DNA of 24,991 nucleotides from Macrostomum lignano (Eukaryota): NCBI GenBank assembly GCA_002269645.1, contig NIVC01005141.1, positions 1 to 24,991 of the forward strand, read 5' to 3'. Shown piece by piece: positions 11,931 to 21,458 of this stretch (position 1 is its first letter; each line of letters starts with the position of its first letter). The notes under the pieces were generated by a model. It saw only the letters and a program-made list of their open reading frames with translations, ran no database searches and was not told where the DNA came from. The position numbers and the translations under genes were made by a program.

Positions 11931-12473
11931 TTTATATTTTTTACGAGTTGAAACGAAATTAAGCGTAAACTGAGTGTTTCTAGGTTTTTTCGCATATATT
12001 TAATTTTTTAAATCGTCTTAAATATCATTCCAGTATGCTACCTTACCTTATAATGCGCAACAATTTACACAAATGATAAATTAAGGCTTCGTCAAGAATT
12101 CGTTTAGAAAAAAAATGAATTTATATAATATTATAGCCTTCTCCAAGCAAAAGAAGACCATATTGGTGCATTTGCATTGCTTGCATTATACTGAGCTGAG
12201 GAATGTCTTGACTAATATTATTATTATGCAATCATATTATTAAATAATTTATTGACAGAATCTTAATAGTTCGCAGTGCCTCTATTTACGAATCTGCTGA
12301 TTCCAAATTCTGAGGCATGTCTCTGGTTAAAATGAAAAATGGACTATATTAATGTGATTTTCTAAAATTTAGTTGAATTTTTGACAGTCAGCATGACTCA
12401 ACTATACGAATAATTGTTGAGAATACGAAAAATAGTGCAACTATTTTGATTCTGATTGAGTATTGATGTTTTT

Positions 12474-12584
12474 TTCGGGTAGAATTTCGGGGTCGGGTTG
12501 GTCGGGTTTTGGGTCGGGTTCGGGTTAGAGCTTTGGGTTCGGATTCTACCCCGAACCCGAAAAATGGAAACCCGAAAGCTCCTA
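12474..12584. repeat. Second TTCGGGT/ACCCGAA cluster ending in an inverted pair TAGAGCTTTGGGT..ACCCGAAAGCTCCTA
   Basis: Inverted pair at 12526-12538 and 12570-12584, resembling hAT-like ends; no TSD found. Confidence 0.65.
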
Positions 12585-12763
12585 CCAGGTTGTCGGCCCT
12601 CGGCTGATTTAACTGGTTTTGGAACGCGTCTAGTTGTTTCGCAATAATAAACTCTAACTAACAAAAAGCACCATGAAAACAAATCCAAAAATAGAACGAA
12701 AACATTAATTAATAATTAATGACAATTAAAGGTAATTTACGTAAGATGCTCACATTAAAGCAA

Positions 12764-13990
12764 GCAGACTAAATGTCTAGGTATTACCCTGGAGCACAGG
12801 CTGAACTGGTCACCCACGTTCAAACAAAAGCCAAAAAGGCCCTCGTAGTCCTCGCGCAACTGCGCAGGGCTGTCGGCACCACCTGGGGGCTCACCCCCAA
12901 GCGCCTCTGGTGAATCTACACTGCAATGGTTAGGCCCGCTATCTAGTATGGCGGCCTGATCTGGGCTAGCGCCCTGCAGATAAAGACCTGTCTAGAGGCT
13001 CTCAGGAGAACGCATGGGCGCGCATGCCGCATGATCATGAGCGCCCCCCGTCTGCTCCCTAAGATGGCCACAACGCTTTCCTCAACATTCCCCCGCTGGA
13101 CATCTTCGTCCGCAGGGAAGCGGCTAAGACTACCCGCCGTCTAATTGACGCTGGCATTCGAATCCAGCCCCAAAGGGCCATGGCTAAGCGCAAGCTCCTG
13201 CCTCTCGCCGACCTCTGCCTCAAAGACTTGAGAGACAGCGAGCGGGCTCCACGTCTTATCTGACGGCGAACGCCGCACTCTCAACCTCTTTCAGCGCTAC
13301 AAGGTCACCATCCCCTCAAGGGATGCTGCCACTGACCACTGGAACTTCCAGGAGGTCCATTGCTACACGGATGGATCCATCAAAGACGGCCACGCCGGCT
13401 TTGGGGTCTGCATCATCATCAACGGCCGCGTCATTTTTACGCATGCCCAGCACACTGGTAGACTCTCCACAGTCTTCGAGAACGAAGTCCTTGCCATCAG
13501 CTCCTGCGCTGCAGAGCTGAACGCCAAGGGTACGAGAGGAGAGACTTGTCATCCACTCTGAAAGCCAAGCGGCCTTACAGGCCCTTTGCCACACCACCAC
13601 GAACTCCCGGCCGTCGCCGACTGCGTCCGGCAGCTCAACCTCCTGGCCAGTAGCAATACTGTCAGGCTGAAGTGGATCCCAGGGCACGCAGGCTTTCCGG
13701 GGACCCTCGCCAAGAGGGGCGGCTCTGGCTCTTTCTTTGGCCCTGCCCCCTTGGTCCCTATGCCTTCGACAGTCATCAATCTCGTGCCGTGGTTCCGTGT
13801 CTCTCTCGTAGGCTCAGAAACGTCCTTCTGAACCAAAATCAGAAGGATATTCGAGCCCTTGTCATGACCTTTACTGGCCATGGCTACCTCGCCAGGCACT
13901 GCTTGCTCAGCACTTTGTTTGTCACTGCCCTTTCTTTACCAGAGACCGGCTACGCTACCTCGGGCCGAACCCGTCCACTGACGAGGTCTG
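12764..13990 (+). pseudogene. LINE ORF2, 3' part (RT thumb and RNase H)
   Basis: QTKCLGITL, RRAVGTTWGLTPKRLW*IYTAMVRPAI*YG (nonsense codons), YTDGS, STVFENEVLAI, SQAALQAL, VRLKWIPGHAG, MTFTGHGYLARH. Confidence 0.9.
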
Positions 13991-14792
13991 CCAACCCGAC
14001 AGCATCCCACGGCTCATCCAGTTCTTTCGGGCGACAAGACGAGCCACTTTCTTCCCCACGGAAGATCACGCTGCAAGACGGACCGGCGGACCACCCTTGT
14101 AGAGATCTCCAAACATGGTAGCCTACTAGAAGTAGTAAGATAAAATTATGAACACAAATTTAAAAATAGCTATGCGTCATACTCTATTTTTAGTAACACC
14201 AGTAATATCATGCAAACAGCGAGTGACTATGCTATTGTCCGAAAAACCGGTTCTCGACATCTATTTTTAGAACTTCCAAATACGGTAAATGTTAACCTGA
14301 ATGTGACCAAAGTCTCACCCTTTTCTATTCAAAAACCCCACCCGTCAAATAATAATATTCCCTTCGTGAACTCATCAAAAAATCGGTTCTGAGCTCAAGG
14401 TCGAATCAAGGCAGACAAATTGTGTATAAATACAAAAGCAAAATTCGAGCTGAAATCTCAGACTCGGAACAGCCTCCAAAGATCTTGGGCTTTGCAAGAG
14501 CAGCCAAACGAGGCTATATCTCTGAGGAAGAGATTAAATACCAATTGGTAAGCTTTGATTGAGTCTTCGTTATTTTGATTATTGAGAGCAATTTTATTGC
14601 CGGCCGTTACTGTTCAGTTGATTTTTACTGAGTCTATTGAGTTTGAGGCCTCCCTTTTCCTAAGAGATTGGATAGGATCTGCGGACCGATTCCGATACCC
14701 TTAGAGGATTATCGAGTTATTGATTTTGGTTATCCTAGATTAACCGATAGGAGCACACGACTCCGATTCCATTAGTTCTAGAAGACGACGCC

Positions 14793-15600
14793 ACTACTAC
14801 GGACTGGCAGATCCGTTGATTTTGCGAAGGTCCGTCGGGCTGATGTCGGCCTCTAGCACCGCGGCAAGGTGCTCCCTCGGGGTGTACCGCCTCCCCCGGG
14901 GTGTACCTCCAGCGGGGTGGGCGTCCAGCGAGTGTACCTCCAGCGGGGTGGGCCTCCCGCGAGTGTACATCCGGCCGGCTGGGCGTCCAGCGAGTGTACC
15001 TTCAGCGCATGGGCCTCCCTCGGGGTGTACATCCGGCGGGGGGATTCCCGCCCCTCCCACCAATGTTGTGTGCACGCGGTTAGTGTAGGAAGGAAACCCC
15101 CGATGCTGACGCAGCCCTGTACAGTGAGCATGCAGCCCTGTAGCTGGGGACAGAGAGCAGCCCCTGTAGCAGGAGGGGTAGTGCGCGGAGAGCCGCCATC
15201 CCCCTGTAGCTGGGGACAGATAACAGGCGGCCCCCTGTATCAGGAGAGGGACAGAGAGTGCGTGGAGAGCCGCCATCCCTCTGTAGCAGGGGACAGATAA
15301 CAGACGGCCCCCTGTAGCAGTATGAGGTGGGTGAGGGGTACAGAGAGACACGGGGTGCTGGGACAGAGAGTGCGTGGAGGCAGTAAGGGATAGAGGAAGC
15401 CGCCCTGCATGTCGCAGCACGCGGCGTGGACAAAGAGGGAGTGTGAGTCACACACCCCGCGGAGAGAGCAGCTCAGGCAGGAGGCGCGGGACAGAGAGGC
15501 AGTGAATCACACGGAGGGACAGCGAGCTCCCCCAGGCCGGGGTGGTAGAGGGACAGACCGGCGGTGAGTGATAGAGAGCCCCCAGGCTGCAGAGGAATTG
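14793..15600. repeat. Left terminal-inverted-repeat region built of GC-rich sub-repeats
   Basis: GTGTAC(C/A)TCC..GGGTGGGC units at about 14880-15040 and CCCTGTAGC..GGGACAGA units at about 15115-15370. Segment 15463-15512 matches the reverse complement of 24829-24877. Confidence 0.75.
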
Positions 15601-15676
15601 AAAAGAAAAAACACGTAATTCAGTTGTTTCAGGTTCAGGCCATCCGGCAAACAGAGCAAAGCTCTCCAACAGTGTT

Positions 15677-16306
15677 TTATTTAGCATAAACTACGGGGTA
15701 GCGCCCCAACACATTAGCATAGTAGCGAACAGATGCGTTCTGCAAGCAATTAACAATCAGGTAGGAGTAGGGCTCCCTAGTGGCGTCTTCGTACATTTGA
15801 ACAAAACTTTTTGGGTTAGCGGGGACAAGCTGCTTTGCAATATGGGCGACTGTACTAACGTCCCGTACATTGCGGAACAATACAAGGTAGTTTGCGTTAA
15901 GGGATTGAGTGCGGTGCTCCTTGCCCTTGGCAAACAGGTTTTGCACAAGGTACCAAAGCCGGAATCCCACATGGCTGACTTTGCGAGTGAAAAATGCGGT
16001 AAAAGCAGCGTTTTTTTCCATGGCTTGCATTTGATCATCGACAACGAGTAGAATATTCGGAGCGGGAACATAGGTTTCAGGGTTAAATGTAGACGAGCGA
16101 AAATTGACAGGGTACGGTAATTCAAACAGTTCCGGGTCTGGATAGTGCCCAAACCAATCAACGCGAACAGGCTTAGGGTCCTGAAAAAACTCGTTTCGCA
16201 GCAATTCTTTAACAAGAGTTGTTTTTCCGCTCTGGTTAACACCAGCAAAAATCGCCGAAGTATTTGGAGCAAACTTTAGAGCGTCAGGATCAATTGTTTG
16301 GTACAT
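15677..16306 (-). CDS. FtsK/HerA-superfamily (A32-like) virion DNA-packaging ATPase
   Basis: Walker A GVNQSGKT, Walker B LLVVDD, RKVSH..LWYLVQNLF, RTQSLNANYLVLFRNVRD. First ATG at 16306; the ORF track starts at TTG 16330. Confidence 0.95.
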   Translation of the reverse strand: MYQTIDPDALKFAPNTSAIFAGVNQSGKTTLVKELLRNEFFQDPKPVRVDWFGHYPDPELFELPYPVNFRSSTFNPETYVPAPNILLVVDDQMQAMEKNAAFTAFFTRKVSHVGFRLWYLVQNLFAKGKEHRTQSLNANYLVLFRNVRDVSTVAHIAKQLVPANPKSFVQMYEDATREPYSYLIVNCLQNASVRYYANVLGRYPVVYAK

Positions 16307-16340
16307 TTTCAGGGCGAGTTGACACTCCAAATATTAAAAA

Positions 16341-16778
16341 CTATTTTATTTGTAGAACATGTTTTCGAACCATCAAATCATTTTCAAGCAGATTGGTAGA
16401 GTAACATTCCCTTAAAATCTTTTCAATCGACAATCCCTCTAAAAAGTGCTTTTCGGCCACAAAAATCACGTGCAGCCCACACGCTACACTTAGAGGGTGT
16501 TGAACAGGGTGGCGATTCATAGCAGCAGGTGAATGTACATGCTTCGAGAACCAAGCCGAGAGCAATTCCGGCACGGGTTCAATACACAGGGGGTCAAAAA
16601 ATGTCACACTCTTATCATCGTGTAGGCAAATCAGTCCCCAGTGGGTGCCTGGCAGATTACCCGTGTCAAAATTAATTACGTATGCAGCAGGGTAAACAGG
16701 TGCAGGAATTCTGTCAAGAGGGCAAACGCGCACTTCCACAGGTAGTTTTAAACGTTCCAAAATTTCCAACGTGTTCAT
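16341..16778 (-). CDS. Adenain-like (C5) virion maturation cysteine protease
   Basis: Catalytic motifs PGTHW, FFDP and VQ.PLSVACG (His-Asp-Gln-Cys). The start overlaps the MCP stop (ATGA). Confidence 0.95.
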   Translation of the reverse strand: MNTLEILERLKLPVEVRVCPLDRIPAPVYPAAYVINFDTGNLPGTHWGLICLHDDKSVTFFDPLCIEPVPELLSAWFSKHVHSPAAMNRHPVQHPLSVACGLHVIFVAEKHFLEGLSIEKILRECYSTNLLENDLMVRKHVLQIK

Positions 16779-18058
16779 ACGTAGTCCAGAATGGGCTGGC
16801 GGCCTCTAGTAATTTTCACCGCGTTGTCAAAGTAACCAAACACCAAAACGTTAATCCCGGCAGGTAGGGCTGCAGAAAACTTTATCTGTAGGGTCAGGTT
16901 CCCTCTCTCGCGAGGCATGCTATGTCCACCCAGTTCCATGTCGGGCATTAGATTCCACGCAAATAAGCAGTAACCGGCGCGATAATCCGAATATGACAGG
17001 TCAATGTCCAAATCGCGATTCATTTTCCCTAGGCTCTTAAACAGCATGGCGTATTCGCGAGCATAGTTTTGGGCAGCGAACCTTGGAGTGAATGGTTGAC
17101 CGCACAGACTGACACCGTCCTTGTACAGGGCCACACTGTCCGCCCCAAATGGCTCGAAATTGAACGGATTATGGGTGGCCACCCCGTTATATGCGGCACT
17201 ATTGACCATTCCCATAATGACAAGTTTAGGCTTCTGCTCCGGGAAAATATTATTGATTGACACGTCGCGAACTCCTACAGCGACAGAGGTGTTGTGTACA
17301 ACGAGGCGCTCGATGGGGTAGACTGCATTCTGAGTTGACAGCTGTTCTTCAATCTCCAAGGCCAGTTGGGGGTTAGCCTTTACCCGACGAACGTGTAATT
17401 TTGCACTTTGAAGAACCAACTTTGCATCAACCCCTTCGGCGTGATTCTCCACAACGAATCCCGAATTTTGCAGAGTGAGCGTAACCACCATATCAGTGTA
17501 GGGCAGCAGCATACGATCGTTGGTGACAAAAAAGTCGAGACTAAGAGGGCCATACAGATGAAATGTTCGAGAACCGGCAGCCATCGCCTTGCGAGTTACA
17601 AAGCCAGGATTTCCAACCGCAGCCATTTGACCCCCAGCGTCTTTAGCGTAACCCATCATCCGCAGTTGGTTAGACTTTGAATCAGACCCATAACTCAGGC
17701 ATGTACGAATGTATGCCTTGTAGGCGTGGTTGTTGTTGCTAGACTCGATATGTGTACCATTTATGGAAAGAGACACGTTTTTGAACATGGTCTCCAAGAG
17801 GTAATTGATTGGCGCCACGTTTGAATCCGCCCCCAAATCGGCTCCATTAGCTCTCTTAATACAACCTTTAATCTCGAGATCAATGTCATTAAGATCGACA
17901 AACGTCTCGCCACCCACAATTCTAAACTCGACCACACTCGCATTTTCGACGCTGGCAACCGGATGGATTTCTTCAGTAGTTGAACCTACGGCTGCAATCT
18001 GGTGAGCACGAGGGGCAAAGAGTTCAAACTCAGACTTTGTACACAGACACTCGGACAT
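16775..18058 (-). CDS. Double jelly-roll major capsid protein (Polinton PY/hexon-like)
   Basis: CTKSEFELF, EFRIVG..FVDLNDI.L.I, PINYLLETMFKNVSLSING, YKAYI, NPFNF, GYCLFAWNL.PD, G.L.L.I.F..ALP..INVLVFG.FDN. Internal Met at 18058; in frame with the upstream core ORF up to 18433. Confidence 0.93.
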   Translation of the reverse strand: MSECLCTKSEFELFAPRAHQIAAVGSTTEEIHPVASVENASVVEFRIVGGETFVDLNDIDLEIKGCIKRANGADLGADSNVAPINYLLETMFKNVSLSINGTHIESSNNNHAYKAYIRTCLSYGSDSKSNQLRMMGYAKDAGGQMAAVGNPGFVTRKAMAAGSRTFHLYGPLSLDFFVTNDRMLLPYTDMVVTLTLQNSGFVVENHAEGVDAKLVLQSAKLHVRRVKANPQLALEIEEQLSTQNAVYPIERLVVHNTSVAVGVRDVSINNIFPEQKPKLVIMGMVNSAAYNGVATHNPFNFEPFGADSVALYKDGVSLCGQPFTPRFAAQNYAREYAMLFKSLGKMNRDLDIDLSYSDYRAGYCLFAWNLMPDMELGGHSMPRERGNLTLQIKFSAALPAGINVLVFGYFDNAVKITRGRQPILDYV

Positions 18059-18433
18059 GTTTAGTAGACAGAATCGACTCGGCGAATCTAATTGAAGCGG
18101 GGCTTTTTGATTTATAGTGCTGAAAATGTCTGAATTGAGACGCTTCGGAGCCTTTTTTCTTCTTCGTCCGCTACCCCTTTGGGTAACCGTGTCTTTAAAG
18201 GCGTCCTTGGCAGCCTGAACAGAATTGCGCAGGACAGACTCTTTCAAATTGCCTCCTTGCTCGAGGCTATCGTTAACCGTAGTTGCTAGGGCTCTAGTAC
18301 CATGACGGAGAATGTTTTTACCAAAACTCTTTAGAATTGGCAGCGCGAAGCGGGCAATGCTTCCAAACAAACCGTTGCCCCTCTGGGCGCCTGCGAAAAC
18401 AGGCAAAGCTCCACCAATCAGAATAGAAGGCAT
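18059..18433 (-). CDS. Basic core protein (adenovirus pVII/pVI-like Polinton protein), in frame with the MCP
   Basis: PVFAG.QRGNGLFGSIARFALPILKSFGK amphipathic helix, then QRGSGRRRKK..DIFS; a layout I recognise from Polinton genes upstream of MCP. Confidence 0.8.
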
Positions 18434-18476
18434 GATTAAGCACTAGGATATAGTTTACTGAGGCTGTGTTGTTTAT

Positions 18477-19616
18477 TTATAGCTTCTTTTCGCGGATGTT
18501 AACGCTCAAGACGGTCTTGCCCTTCATTACTTTTGTCATATCCCTGCCCATATCATCGTTAATTTGTACTTCAATAGTTTTGAATGGGTGCTTAACCAGT
18601 GGTAGATATGCCGGATTGACAAACTCGTAGTACTCGCGACCGCCCTGAACTTTGGGATCCATCGGTATAGCTCCCAACAGAGGAACTTTAACGTCTCCTA
18701 CAATAACAGAATCGACTATGCTCGAATAGATGTACATTGTTTGTATTCCACCGGTTAATTCCATTGATGCGTTTGCGTAGAATTCCGATATACCGAAAAA
18801 TGGGGTTGTATAATCATGCTCTGGGAAACCAAGCACGCTGGTCAAGCGCCCCAGCCAAAACATGTAATCCGTCGAGCCAATGTAATAACACCTATTCGTA
18901 ACTTCGCTGTATCTGAAAAAGTCCGTTCTAGGTGCTGGAGCCGCTATGAGATCTTTGATATGTTTCCAAATTATATCGTTGAGTTCCTCCACCAATCTTT
19001 TAGGTGTACTATAGTATCCTCCCCGCATAAAAAAGATTTGATCAGACGCTGCGCTAGTAACTTGTCTTATTATTGGAGCATGGTCCATTGACTGTACAGT
19101 CGGTTTCTCAACAACTGCGGTGATGGAGGCTGCACACCCCGCGTGTAATACGAGTTCAGTAGGTAGATCCTCATTAGACTCGAAGCCGGCGACTAGTTTA
19201 AACACCTTGGGTAGGGTATCCGGGAATTTGATGCCGACGGTGGATTTTGAAGTATTCACAATCATAAAGGCGGTTGGGGATGTTCTTAAAAAGACAATTT
19301 TCTTATTATCCCCTTCAACGTATCGGATACCGTTTAGAAAGCCGGAAATACATTCTTCAGGGGTTTTCAGACCCGCTGCGAGACAAAGGTTTGCAAACGA
19401 CGAAGCCGTCAAGAGGCCCTCCTGTTCGCGAATGGTGATCGGTATAGATTTTTTGAAAGATTCAAATTCTTTGGTAAAGTAGATCCGTTCGAGGCAAACC
19501 TCATGATTCGGAAAGTGGAGAGTGTCCGGTAAATTAATAAAATAATGAGCCGGATTATTTTCGGGATAGTGCTCGGGGCACGCATTACTAGGCAGAAAGA
19601 GATGCATGGTAGCCAT
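18477..19616 (-). CDS. Minor capsid protein (penton, Polinton PX-like), 379 aa
   Basis: N-terminal FLPSNA..YPEN..YFINLP..L..EVCLERI and C-terminal MYIYSSIV..VIVGDVKVPLL..I, YEFVNPAYLPL..F.TIEVQI.DD.G. Confidence 0.92.
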   Translation of the reverse strand: MATMHLFLPSNACPEHYPENNPAHYFINLPDTLHFPNHEVCLERIYFTKEFESFKKSIPITIREQEGLLTASSFANLCLAAGLKTPEECISGFLNGIRYVEGDNKKIVFLRTSPTAFMIVNTSKSTVGIKFPDTLPKVFKLVAGFESNEDLPTELVLHAGCAASITAVVEKPTVQSMDHAPIIRQVTSAASDQIFFMRGGYYSTPKRLVEELNDIIWKHIKDLIAAPAPRTDFFRYSEVTNRCYYIGSTDYMFWLGRLTSVLGFPEHDYTTPFFGISEFYANASMELTGGIQTMYIYSSIVDSVIVGDVKVPLLGAIPMDPKVQGGREYYEFVNPAYLPLVKHPFKTIEVQINDDMGRDMTKVMKGKTVLSVNIREKKL

Positions 19617-19619
19617 GCA

Positions 19620-20697
19620 TTAGTTATTATTACGTTGACGTATATTTATAACTTCATTTACAGGTACAAATGAATTAAAAGTGTCGGGATAACCGCGCCA
19701 GCTAACGTAATGGTGCGCAACACCATTTATTAACACGTTTCTACGCAAAACTTTATTGATTACAAAACGCTCGGGTCGGGTAGATTTGGACAGTTCATTG
19801 TAGTAAAACCGTCCCTCAATCACTTCACCAGACAAATCAGAAATACGATAAAAATGTGGGGGTCCAGGCAAACTTTGGATATAATGTACACCTCCTCACT
19901 ATACATGTCGTACGCCTCCTTGTCGAATGCCCTGCGAGATTTCGAAATTCTCACAAAATCCCCCTTTTTATATACGGGTCGTCTTTTTGCTGATCCGGGT
20001 AGAGCTTTTCCCACACACGCTTCTGATTGTGGAACCCTACACTTGACGGTTTCATCTCAATAGTAGAATGCGTCGTGTTGTTGTAATTACCTACCAAATT
20101 AGGTAAGTAGTCAACCCAACGCCACGTGTTGTTGTGCTCAAAGTAGCGAGCCAGACGCTTTCGAAGAGTTCTAATCAGCCTCTCGGCCATGTTTGCCTTG
20201 TACACAGAGTTGGTGCTGTACATTTTAACATTATTGTCTTTTAGTATGCGGCGCATTCGCTGATTATAAAACTCGGTACCCCGATCCACGTGAAGGTAAA
20301 GGGGGCGGGCAGGGAAATCATTCGCCAACATTGACTCAAACGCTGCGGGGGTATCACTCTTTAGTTTAATTGCCCTACAAAAAGCCTGCTTACTAAGCAC
20401 ATCAATAACAACTAGTATATATTTATGTCCGTCATTCCAACGTTTGTATCGCGACATGTCCATCAAATCGGCTTGTAGAGTTTCCATGAATCCTCCCGAC
20501 ATTACTTTTCCCGTTTTAAATGTCCTGTTGACTCTCCGGTGACGGGTGTAACTCGGTTGGGTTTCTAGCCATTCCCTGGTTTGGCGTCTTGTCAGGTTTG
20601 GCGCCAGACGTTTGGCCTCCTGATAGACACGGGCAGCATTTGAAAAAGCGGCGGCTCCTTGTTCGTAAACTCGACGAAGAGCGGTTAGAGCCCTCAT
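19620..20697 (-). CDS. Retroviral-type (rve, DDE) integrase with C-terminal chromodomain-like region; two -1 frameshifts (about 19986 and 19871)
   Basis: LQADLMDM, HVDRGTEF and AERLIRTL (D-D-E); YNNTTHSTIEMKP; then YKKGDFVRISK..F.K and EGRFYYNEL..VLRR..YVSWRGYPDTFNSFVP. Adding one A to an A5 run and one T to a T3 run restores a single ORF. Confidence 0.93.
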
Positions 20698-20699
20698 TG

Positions 20700-20794
20700 A
20701 CAACAAGTGTGGATGCGCAGCATGAATAGTTGCACGTAATGTCGGCTGGGGAGTTGTCTACACAAAGCTTTGACGCGGCGGCTGCAGCGCCCAT
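20700..20794 (-). CDS. Possible small Cys-rich protein with N-terminal MG (myristoylation-like); the ORF continues to 20516 over the integrase start
   Basis: MGAAAAASKLC..C..SCC with TATAAAT about 40 bp upstream. No homology evidence; the true 3' end is unknown. Confidence 0.35.
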
Positions 20795-20830
20795 GACCGC
20801 CGGGCGCGCGGTTATGTTTGGACTAGGGTT

Positions 20831-21456
20831 CTATTTATAAAGAGTCACGTATTTTTTCTTTTTCTCGGGTGGTCTTAGTTGGTAATCGTGATATTTACCC
20901 ACCCCGGTACCTTGATCCACAAGTTTGGGCATAGCATTTACACCTTTGTTGCGCGTGGTCGTTAAATCGCGGGTGTCTGTCGCAATTGTGTGCTCATATT
21001 CATCGCGGTAATCGTCGGTACCAACCATATGTCAACCTTCTTTTCCTCCACAGGGAGCTGTTTCCGACCGAGCATAGACATTGGTATACGGGCCTTGTCT
21101 AGTAGAGCCCAGAAAGCGGTCGAATATTTCGGGTGATTATTAGTGTTGGTGGTGACGGCTTGTAGAAGATCAAAAACGTTGCTACCACCCCAAGTTTCAC
21201 CATCAAAAACGACTTCCCACGATTGGTTGTAATTTAGGCTGGGGTGCTTTTCTGTTAGTATATTCCATATACGTTGTTGCCTATCAGAAAATAGCTGCTT
21301 TGTCGTCTTTTGGGGTTTTACTTTAGCCAATTGGGTCTGTAGCTTTGCATTGTACTCTACAAGTTTTTCGTACTCCGATTTTGGGGCAATTTCTCGCGGA
21401 GTACCCTGTCTAAGCTGATTGAATTCCTCCTCGGGGACCACAACGTACTTGTCCAT
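20831..21456 (-). CDS. Conserved uncharacterised Polinton protein; probable -1 frameshift near 21030
   Basis: MDKYVVVP, YN..WEVVFDGE..GSNVFDLL, F..LL..ARIP..MLG pattern recognised from Polinton ORFs. The second frame ends KKKKYVTLYK*. Confidence 0.75.
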
Positions 21457-21458
21457 TT

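Larger units (their letters stand above)
10970..12759. mobile_element. Unclassified 1790-bp insertion in the LINE RT with 4-bp TSD
   Basis: GCAA at 10966-10969 and 12760-12763. Removing the insert and one GCAA restores LTLYGREIPFC-K-QTKCLGITL in frame. Confidence 0.8.
7540..14140 (+). mobile_element. Decayed non-LTR retrotransposon, LOA/R1-like (ORF1, APE-RT-RNase H), interrupted at 10970-12759
   Basis: Endonuclease QINLQHC..IFVQEPW and ASDINAHH..WGS. RT KVIFIPKPG, FRPISLTS..KLMERL, FLDIIGAFD, GSPQG, YADD (10831-10842). Thumb KCLGITL..LNW..HV. RNase H YTDGS (13364) and WIPGH (13673). The 3' end is approximate. Confidence 0.9.

Noticed and set aside
11805-12584. A complete nested hAT element bounded by TAGAG..CTA
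   Set aside because: The termini are only partly complementary and no 8-bp TSD could be found; reported only as repeat clusters.
14797-15687. Overlapping ORFs of 60-207 aa in the left TIR
   Set aside because: Low-complexity translations of GC-rich sub-repeats with no domain signal.
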